DNA of 60,919 nt, the filler included, from Pirum gemmata (lineage: Eukaryota), in assembly GCA_002812295.1 (NCBI GenBank). It is 16 parts of 16 records of this genome, joined end to end, with 100 filler letters (N's around TTAATTAATTAA, not from the genome) between each part and the next. Parts side by side here need not be neighbours in the genome. Positions count along the whole stretch, not along the records: positions 49,731 to 53,386 come from PDIN01002132.1; positions 53,487 to 57,156 come from PDIN01002133.1; positions 57,257 to 60,919 come from PDIN01002134.1; 13 more parts are not named here. One strand, 5' to 3'. A program made the position numbers and the translations under genes. Below, piece after piece: positions 50,771 through 60,919 of this stretch. Position 1 is the stretch's first letter. Each line of letters opens with the position of its first letter. The notes beneath the pieces are model-generated. The model was not told the DNA's origin. It ran no database searches and saw only the letters and a list, made by a program, of their open reading frames with translations.

Positions 50771-52080
50771 TAAAAAAAACTAAAAAAATATTCAAATATA
50801 AATAGCGATTCTGATTAATCATGTAAAATAAAAGCTATTTCGTTTCAACAATTTTTAGTGATTCTGAGCCAAGTAGTGTGGATGGGTAGCAGTAACTCTA
50901 GTAACGATGATTCATTCATCCCTTGTAAAAAACTTCCAACCAAATTTTGGTTCTGATTTTAAAAGCAATGTTAAAGCTTGTTGAGAAATGGTGAAGAGAG
51001 TGCAAACACTACTGCTTTTGCAGAATCTATTAAAATCATTATGTCTTAGCACTAGTTCATGAAAACCCTGACCCCTAATCCTTAACCTAACCACCTTTAA
51101 CCTAACCACTTTTAACCTAACCACCTTTAACCTAACCACCCTAACCTAACCACCCTAAACCTGACCCTAACCCTACCCCCATATTATATATACAATGATG
51201 ATTTTGACTTCATTTTGTTACAACAAAAAGTTGATAAACTATTAACAACTACAAGTAGAAATTACGGTTTAATAATATGATTAGGGTAGAACTACAAACA
51301 CGAAGTGGAACCAAACCAAACCAAACTAATAAAAAACTTTGTAGTAATCTTTAATTTTCTTTTTATAAAAGTAATAAGTGGAGAAGGAGAAGGAGGGGGT
51401 AGGAAAGGATTGGGCATATCTGATGTTATCATATCTGATGTAGGTAGACTATCACCCGTGTAGACTTTTTATCAGGCTAGGCCCAGCCGCCGCCCAGTAG
51501 GTCAGCTAGTCTAGCTAGGTCTACTACCGGCTATTAGTACCGGCTATGTAGCTAGACTCTACCCATTAATACCTTAGCCTTAGCTAATAAAGAAACTATA
51601 TTATAAGAAAAAATATCAAATTACTCAATTTGTATCCGTTTGGTAATGATTTGTACGATTGTAAGAACTGATAAAGTCAACTAGACCCCGGCCTACCCCC
51701 CCCCGGTAGCCTAACCCTAGACTATATAATATTATGATAAAACTGAGATTTTTTTATGACATATTATTTTTATGATATATATTATATTGTAAAACTAGCT
51801 AGCTAGATTATTATGATAATATTATTATGATATTATTGTTGAGAGGATATTTGTATTATTTGTAATAATATTATCATATATATAATAATATTATAATTAT
51901 TATTATGATAACACTACTATCTTTGTTTTATATTGTAATATTTTCACCTTTTACAGTTTCAATTTTATTTTTTATTTGAATTTTGTGGTATTTTTTATTT
52001 GTTTATTTATTATTTTGTTATTAGTCTATCAATTATTTCACTTTCTATTATCATTTCAATTTCGTTCAATTTCGTGTAAG

Positions 52081-52694
52081 ATGGGGTTTTTCGATAAATT
52101 TGCTAAAAAGCACCCACCACCTCAGCCAGCACCATCCCAAGAATTTCTTGAACAGCAAAGAGGTATATGATTTTATTTGTAGTTGGTTAGTTTACTTTTG
52201 AGCACCGTTAATAAAATTTACAAATTAAATAAACAAAACAATGGACGTTGTTTTTTATTTATCACTACTTACCCTTTACTTCAATATTTGTAACAGTAAA
52301 AAAGTACAGCAGTAGTCACAACAACAGTAATAAAATCCAAAATCAGAAATCCAAAAATTGCTCTCGCAACAAGGTTTAGGGTTAGGGTAGGGTTAGGGTT
52401 AGGGCTAGGGTGAGGGTGAGGATTAGGGCTAGGGCTAGGGTTAGGGTAACAAAACTTATAACAATCACAACAACTCCCACATCAACAACCACCACAATAT
52501 CAAAGTTTCTTCTCTTGATCTTAAGAATTACTGTTTAAGTGTATAATTGAAATTGTTTATAAAATACGATATTGTTTATAAAATATCAAAATTGAATTAA
52601 AACACGTCTGATAGTTTTACTATAATATTAATTTGATACTTTTCTTTCAGTTTTATTTACAACAACAGCAACAACGGAAACAGCAGAAACAAAC

Positions 52695-52728
<34 letters not shown>

Positions 52729-53188
52729 ATACTAATCATGATAAAAGCGATAGCAATAACAAAAAAAAAAACATAAACACACAGTTATCTATCTAATCCT
52801 AAATTTTTGTTTCTGTATTATTTTTTTTTGGCATCAAAAATAAAAGTTTCACAACCGTTTTTCATTTTTTTCAAGTACAGCACTATCCACCCATCCATCC
52901 ATCCATCCATTCATCCATTCACCCACATCCACCCAATCGTTCGTTCATATTCATTCATTCATTCATTCATTCATATTCCTTCCTTCCTTCATTTATTGAT
53001 GTTCTTTCCTTCCTTCATATGCGTGTTTAAATATGTTTGTTTCCAGTCGGGCCAGGATATCCGACTAGTGGTGCTCAAGGGCCAAATCATAATGCTTATC
53101 CTAACCAAAATGGGCAGAATAATGCATTCTCAATGCCACGGGCTATCCCAACTGGTGATGCACCACCACCTGCTCACGTTACCACTTC
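52081..53188 (+). CDS. Hypothetical Pro/Gly-rich protein, first two exons (52081-52162, 53047-53188)
   Basis: MGFFDKFAKKHPPPQPAPSQEFLEQQR|VGPGYPTSGAQGPNHNAYPNQ...; phase-compatible GT-AG sites. Confidence 0.6.
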
Positions 53189-54490
53189 GTTAGTTCTATT
53201 TATTTCACTCATTTATGTGGTGGTGATGGTTGTTCTTGTTGTTCTTGTGCTTGCTGTTCTTGTTGTTCTTGTGTGTGTTGTTCTTGTTCTTGTTCTTGTT
53301 CTTGTTCTTGTTCTTGTTCTTGTTCTTGTTCTTGTTCTTGTTCTTGTTCTTGTTCTTGTTCTTATTGTTTTTGGTATTGTTACTATNNNNNNNNNNNNNN
53401 NNNNNNNNNNNNNNNNNNNNNNNNNNNNNNTTAATTAATTAANNNNNNNNNNNNNNNNNNNNNNNNNNNNNNNNNNNNNNNNNNNNAATAATAATAATAA
53501 TAATAATAATAATTTTCGAAGGGTAGCGGCAACGAACATTATTATAATGTAGTGCTTTTCAGTTGTTTTGTCATCATAAAATATACAATATTAATAAAGA
53601 GTACCAAAGTAATACAATATAAACTCGTTTCATTTAATTTGGTGTGTTTTAGTATCTATTTATTCATTTAAAAATGTCAATTTAAAGGTTATAACATACC
53701 AAACAAATATTGAGAGTGACAAAACAAGTGAAAAGTACAATACTAGTACTACTATCATGATAATTATCAAAATATGATATTTATATTTATAATATAATAG
53801 CTAGTTATTTTAATCGTCCATCGACCGTGCTGACGTTGTGCTGAATCATCGTGCTGGATCATCGGTCGTGCTTTACCAATCTTTGTCTTTCTTATTAAAA
53901 AAAGAGGGATCGATGGATCATTCATTTATTACTGTCATTTATTATAATAATATAATAATATAATATTATGTCATTTTTATTTATATATATGGAACCAGAT
54001 TTGGGTCTTTCGGCCCTTATAGGGCCTGTGGGGATTTACGGGAAAGAAAGAAAAGGGCAGGCAAGCCAAGCCCGCAAGAGTAATAATAATAATAATTAAT
54101 AAATTTTATAATATTAATATTATTATTAATAATAATAATAATGTTGTAAAAGGAGCTTGTTGTTATAATTCATATGTTACCCCAACATAAATGATATAAT
54201 ATTATTTTGTAATAATAATAAAATTATATTAATAAAGAAATAGGTATAAGTAGAGGTAATAACGTTGTTATTGTCTTTATTTATATATGCTTTTAAACTG
54301 CTAAATATCAAATAGATATTATTTTACAACAATAATAATTAATAATAAAAATAATTAATAATAAATAGATTCATAGCTTTTATTATTGTGTGTGTATCAT
54401 GTACTTAGGGAGATATCAATATCAGATATCAGATAATCGATAAAAATAGATAAAATCAAAAAGTTACTTTTAAATTTGTAAACTATGACT

Positions 54491-54555
<65 letters not shown>

Positions 54556-57500
54556 GATAACAACAAAGTTAATTATTACAAAGAATTACTCACGANCTCA
54601 CGAATTGACTACTAGAGCCTAGCTAGCTATAGCTAGCTATAGATTTAGGGTTTAAAAATAGGATTAGGAGAGCTCTCTATGAGTATATAGATATGGTATT
54701 ATTATATATATAATATTATCGTATTTTTCAATAATGTTTTAACGTTGTCCAGTTCAAAAACTGAAATAAACGTACCAAATTATTATTATGGTTAAACTAT
54801 CAGACATGATTGAAAATTAATCTCGTGTTTTATTCTTAATTAATTAATGTTGTATTTTATAAGCAAGTTCAATTATACACTTTATACTTTTTTAATGTTG
54901 TATTTTATAAACAAGTTTCAATTATACACTTAAACAGGTACAGTACCAAATTAAAGATCGAAAAACTGTAATGAAATAGGCGATATCCTAGAGACGATAT
55001 CATATCTGATATAAATATGTAGGGGTAGTAGTTTATCACTCATATCATACTACTATTACTAACTAGCTATAATATTAATATAGGGTTACGTATACGTATA
55101 TACATATATACGGTTTTAATTTTGTGAAATTTTAATCCAGAAAGATTCCTGAACTTTCAGATAGTTTTTCAGATTCATGGCGAATCGATATCATCGTGCT
55201 GAATCATTAATTAATTGTGCTTTGCAATCTTTTTCTTTAAAAATAGTTTAGGTTCAGGTTTAGGTTTAGGTTTAGGTTTAGGTTTAGGTTTAGGTTTAGG
55301 TTTAGGTTTAGGTTTAGGTTTAATTAAGGTTTAGGTTTAAATTAATTTAGGCTAGGGTTTTAAAACATTAAAATTGGGTTAGGGTTAGGGTTAGGGTTAG
55401 GGTTAGGGTTATAAAATTAGCGTTGGTGTACACACATGTTAGCATTAGCGCGTTAGGGGTAGTACTAGAGGCAGGGTAGGAAGTTGATAAGTAATTAGGG
55501 TTGGACGCCGGCTTGATCAGTGATCACTGTATGCATTAAAAAATATTAATTAATATAGTTAATCCAACCCTCTAGCTATAGGCATCTAGGATTCTAGATC
55601 TTTTTTAAAAAATAAAATTTTTTAATATTGTATAATATACGTATACGTATGTATCTATGTATACCCCAGAGTAGTAATATTAATAACGTTAAAACCCTGT
55701 GTGTACCTACCTCTATATATAGATGTTTCTAACTCTAACTCCTAATAATAACCCTAGTATCATAGTGTACAACGCTTTTATTAACATTGGGTTGTTATAA
55801 TTAATTCGTTAATTTATAAACCTTCTTTATTAATTAATATAAGTCTGTTATGATTTGAGTCAGATGTTGAAGCCGGGAGCGCAATGTGTACTTGTTGTAA
55901 TCCAACTCAAGCAAAAAAACAAGCTAATAATAATTTCATTTTTTTTTTTTTTTTTAATGAAATATGTTTTGGTAGCGAAGATTATGACAGTATTATGACA
56001 CAAATTTTTTAAGAATATTTATAATAATATTAATACCTTACTCAAAGTAATGTAAACTTTTTACGATTTTTTTTCAAAAAATATCGAACTTGAGGCCCTT
56101 TCTTACCTTCGGTCGATTTATTATTATTTTTTTTTTCAAAAAAATTGAACAAAAAGATTTTTTTTTTTGTATTTTTTTTTTTGTATGATAGTACGATAGT
56201 AATACTAAAGAAATATGTTAATTGTTAAAAATTAAAGGATTCCTAATTTTACATTGGTCTAGTCTACTATTAATTAATACTAGCTAGTAGTAGTCTAGTA
56301 GTACTAATATCACTATCAGATAGACTAATATCCATATGCACAGTACACTTTGAGAATAATTTTCAAATTCAATTTGCCAGTAATACCTAAACTAATACCT
56401 ACCATTTAGTCTAAGTAAAATCATTTTTTTGACCAGCCGAACAATATAATTAAAAAATTTATATTATCATATATTACCTCTTCAAATCTTAGAAAAATAT
56501 TTCAATATAAAATATAAAATAATTAAAATATTTACATTAATTATCATATATTATTTTTCAAATCTTTTTAAAAAAATAATTAAATTATCATTTAAAAGTC
56601 TAATTTTCATTCATAGACTTAGATTATTATTATAATGAAGTCAAAACTATAGGTTACTTTATCGGGTTTTTTAAAAACAAAATTGAATTAGGAAAAAAAA
56701 AAAAAAACATCATTACAGAAAATGGGTTATTTAATGTTATTTAACTGTTATTTTTAACTGTTCTCGGTAAAAAAAATGTTAGAGGTCTTTTATCAATTAA
56801 AAAAATTTCACAGATGGATATTGAACTTGGTTTCTTTAATTGGGGTTAACTGCAGTGCTTTTCGGTTGTTTTATCATAAAATATACAATATAATTCCATT
56901 TTATTTAATTTGGTGTGTTTTATTATCTATTTATTCATTTTAAAATGTCAATTTAAATGTTATAACCCACCAAATAAATATTCAGAGCGACAAAATAAAT
57001 GCAAAGCACATTTCGTAATTTATAAGTCAAAATCTTCATTTATAAGTGTAAGATTCCAATGAAAAAGTTGTTCTTGGACCAAAATATTCTCCACGAGAAA
57101 TCAAAGATCAAAGTTCTGAGTAAAAACTTAACATTTCACCGTTTTTTTTTTTTTTTNNNNNNNNNNNNNNNNNNNNNNNNNNNNNNNNNNNNNNNNNNNN
57201 TTAATTAATTAANNNNNNNNNNNNNNNNNNNNNNNNNNNNNNNNNNNNNNNNNNNNTAATAATAATAATAATAATAATAATAATAAGTTAGTTTGTTAGT
57301 TGGTTGGCTGGTTAATCGGAATGATTATTATTAAAATAATAAACAGATATTGTTGTTTATTATATCATCTTGTTTCAACTTTCAAATTATATTATATGGA
57401 AGAATGAATGACAATTCAATATTTTTTATTTACCTTTTTAGAGTATTGAAACAGTCACGGGTCCAATTTAAGGGTAATTGAGACAATTAGAATAAGAATA

Positions 57501-58156
57501 ATTAACTGACAACACCAAAAAATGGCAAGCACTATTTTAAATCGAACACTTAATTTAGAACTGACTTTTAATTATTAATTTAATTTATTAATCAATAATA
57601 AAATTAAACAGGCTAGATAAATTTAATACTCTAAATACGTAAGTATCAGGTAGAGAATTGGTTGATAATATAAAATTATTAAAAGATGTCGATAAGAGAA
57701 AATGATAATGCAAAATTGATAATACAAAATGATAATAAAATCAAAAATTAATTCTTATCTTATTTATAAAGAAAACATCTCGAGTTTTTTTTTTTCTTAT
57801 ATGATATGATATAAATATGAGCTAGACTAGTTATTATGAGCATAGTAGTCTGTACGTACGATAACGAAGAGGAGTCTTTGTAACTATAATATACGATAAA
57901 AGTGATTTTTCGTAGTGATTTTTCGCTAGTAGTGTTTTTTTGACCTGATACTACAGCTAGCTTCCATGGTAGTAGAGACTACTTCTCTCTAGTAGACCGG
58001 GGGGTCTAGTGGGCCACCCAAGCGTCACATTCTATCTATTAAAAAAAATTTCTTTTTGCGCAGATTCTTCAGAATTGCTAGCGCCAGAGTTTACGATTTA
58101 GATACCTACGTATTTCTAGTTTTCTTTTTTTTCTCTTAGTTGCTGTGCCTCTTTTT

Positions 58157-58216
<60 letters not shown>

Positions 58217-59779
58217 ATAAATTTAATTTTTTGCTGATATTATTGCATTGTCATTGCTGTTGCTGTTGAAGATTTTTTTCTTTTGTGTTGTCTTGGTCTT
58301 CATATTCCAGGGTCTACTTCTGACGAGAGCACTGAGCATTGAACACGCAGAGTTACACTCTTCAACCTAAGCCTAGCTAGCTAGAGACTAATAGACCCCC
58401 TCGGTCTAGCTACTAGTCTAGTAGTAGGGTCTAGCTACTAGCTAGTAGACTCTTCACCCTACTCTCTAGCTAGCTATAGTACTTTAATAAGTACCAAATT
58501 AATACAATATAAATCCATTGAATTTAATTTGCTACATTTTATTATCTATTTATTCATTTAAAAATATCAATTTAAAGTTTATAGCCTACCAAATAAATAT
58601 GCAGGGGTGACAAAATAAATGAAAAAGCACAATAGACTAGACTCTTCTGAACTGAACTGGTAGCATGAACTATGAACTAAAAAAAATATTCATAGTTCAA
58701 AAAATTTAACCTCATGTTAGTTCTCATGTTTATATTATCGTGCTTTTCATTTATTTTTTCACTCTTAATTAAATGTTCATGTTCATGCAACTTGCAAGAA
58801 CCCCACGAAAAAATAGGAGGCTCTCGGTTCATGTTTTGTATAATACAGTGTTTTATATGATAATAAAGAGTTCTAAAAATGACTTATTATAAATACATGC
58901 AATTGTGTGTAACTTTGTTGATTTATTTACCTTGGTCTGAGAATTCCGTTTATTGTAGATTAATTTTGATAAAACATTAATGATAATCATACGATAACCA
59001 TAACCATAACCACAACCACATGCGCAACCACAACCATAAACATAATCATAATCATAACCATAACCATAACCATAACCATAACCATAACCACAACCCAAAA
59101 ACTAAAAACAGCTAGAATAAACATTAAACATAAACATAAACATAAACATTAAAACATAAATATAAACATAAACATAAACATAAATATAAAAATAAAATAA
59201 AAATATAAGCATAATATAAGCTTTTAATTAAGTATAAGCATAACTGTAAGAGCTAGAATAAGCATAAACATATTGTACATAAGCATAAGCAGAAACATAA
59301 GCATAAGCATAAGCATAATTATAAGAGCCAGAATAAGCATAAATATATATAGTATACATACGCGTAAGCAAAAGCATAAGCAGAAAAAACATAAGCATAA
59401 GCATATAAAAGCATATACGCATAAGATCTAGAATAAACATCATAAACATAAACATAAACATAAACATAAACATAAACATATACACAAACACAAACATAAA
59501 CACAAATATAAACATTAGCATAAGCATAAGCATAAATATAAGCATAAGCATTTATTAGAATTATAACCATAATCATAACAACTATCATAACCATAATCAT
59601 ATCAACTATCATAGCCATAACCATAACCATAAATATAAATATAAAAATAGAAATATTAAAATAACGTTAATTAACAGCACACCTTGATAACTGATAATAT
59701 TATGAATTTATGAACCGTGTGTATTCTGTACATTTTGCAGTTGATGATGCACATTTACAAATATAGCATTAGGCTGGTC

Positions 59780-60075
59780 TACCTGCCAGTGGTATTGTGG
59801 CACTGTCACACTGAAAAGTGCCTAGTGAAAAGAGCTGTTTTAAAAAACATATGATTTATCAGTTATAATAAATAAGTGATTTGGTAATTATAATAAAGAG
59901 CTTTACTGGACATCCTAGCTCCAAAGGGAGTAACATACCAGCTACATTTTTTGTCTGTGGTACTATTAAATCTAATCGAAGGGCAAACAGGGTCAATTAA
60001 TAGTTTAATAAGAATGAAAAATGATGGTCATCAAATTGTTTCCCATACTTATAATCATCCAGATTTAGCTCTAAA
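59780..60075 (+). pseudogene. Polysaccharide (chitin) deacetylase, NodB-type, frameshifted relic
   Basis: SGIVALS, ALLDILAPKG, IPATFFVCG and RMKNDGHQIVSHTYNHPDL separated by frameshifts; TFDDGP motif lost. Confidence 0.7.
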
Positions 60076-60313
60076 AGCCAGTTCAGCCTCACATTACTTT
60101 CTTCACAATGACTCACAACATTATATAATAATATGCACTTAAAAGCTTGTATAAGTATTGTATATATTAAATTTTGTATGTGTGGGCCTCTTGTATGTTA
60201 TTATAATTGTATATCATGCCTTTAATTTTATTTATTTCTTCTTCATCTTATATTCGTTTGTAAATCTTTCATTTCTTAATTTTAATTTAAGTAAACTTAT
60301 ATCCACCTTACAC

Positions 60314-60434
60314 TGTTTGTTTTATTAAACCGCTTGACATAAATGAGGATTATAATTTAATATTCCACTTCGTGTTTGTTTTATTAAACCGCTTGACATA
60401 AATGAGGATTATAATTTAATATTCCACTTCGTGT
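60314..60434 (+). repeat. Two tandem copies of a 59-bp unit
   Basis: TGTTTGTTTTATTAAACCGCTTGACATAAATGAGGATTATAATTTAATATTCCACTTCG x2. Confidence 0.9.
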
Positions 60435-60693
60435 AAAAGAATTCCTTATGTGGCATTCGTGTTAAGCTTTGATACTACACCAACAACTCCATTATTATTA
60501 TTATTAAAAACTACTACTACTGTATATTATTACATTTGCTAATATTAAAAAAATACTAATATTGTTTAGTTATTATAAAATATAACATAGTTACTACTAT
60601 TACTACTACTACTACTTCTACTAATACTTCTACTACTACAGCTCTACTACTTCTACTACTATAGCTACTACTATAAATACTACTACTACTACG

Positions 60694-60756
<63 letters not shown>

Positions 60757-60772
60757 AATACTACTACTATAG

Positions 60773-60815
<43 letters not shown>

Positions 60816-60816
60816 G

Positions 60817-60874
<58 letters not shown>

Positions 60875-60919
60875 TTACTACTACTATTACTACTATTATT
60901 ACTACTACTATTACTACTA

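Noticed and set aside
50912..51030. Possible cNMP-domain tail exon (CTLFTISQQALTLLLKSEP)
   Set aside because: Too short and stop-terminated to assign
58318..58365. Hammerhead ribozyme core CTGACGAG
   Set aside because: No correctly placed GAAA or stems I/III; region looks like decayed minus-strand coding DNA

Overview
Very AT-rich eukaryotic nuclear DNA, not one locus. About 16 short (~3.7 kb) contigs are concatenated with an artificial N-TTAATTAATTAA-N spacer, so adjacency across spacers is meaningless. GT-AG introns are packed with microsatellites and TTAGGG-type repeats. Recognisable genes or fragments: a 3x cNMP-binding + RGS protein, an ankyrin exon, a GT34-like glycosyltransferase, two exons of a TGL4/SDP1-type patatin lipase, a PMP22/claudin-like protein, eight exons of MMS19, a secreted lactonase-like propeller, the first exon of ULK1/Atg1, another kinase first exon, a BBE-domain oxidase terminal exon, a GPI-type CotH protein and a decayed polysaccharide deacetylase. 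There are also several MITE families. The gene mix suggests a walled unicellular opisthokont such as an ichthyosporean (inference). The most unusual items are an intronless divergent ORFan pair inside an iteron-like inverted motif array (22.6-26.3 kb), an intron duplication creating an in-frame mini-exon at a lipase catalytic motif, decaying tandem copies of gene 3' ends, and TAG/CTA-rich insertions. All assignments come from motif recognition only; no searches were run.
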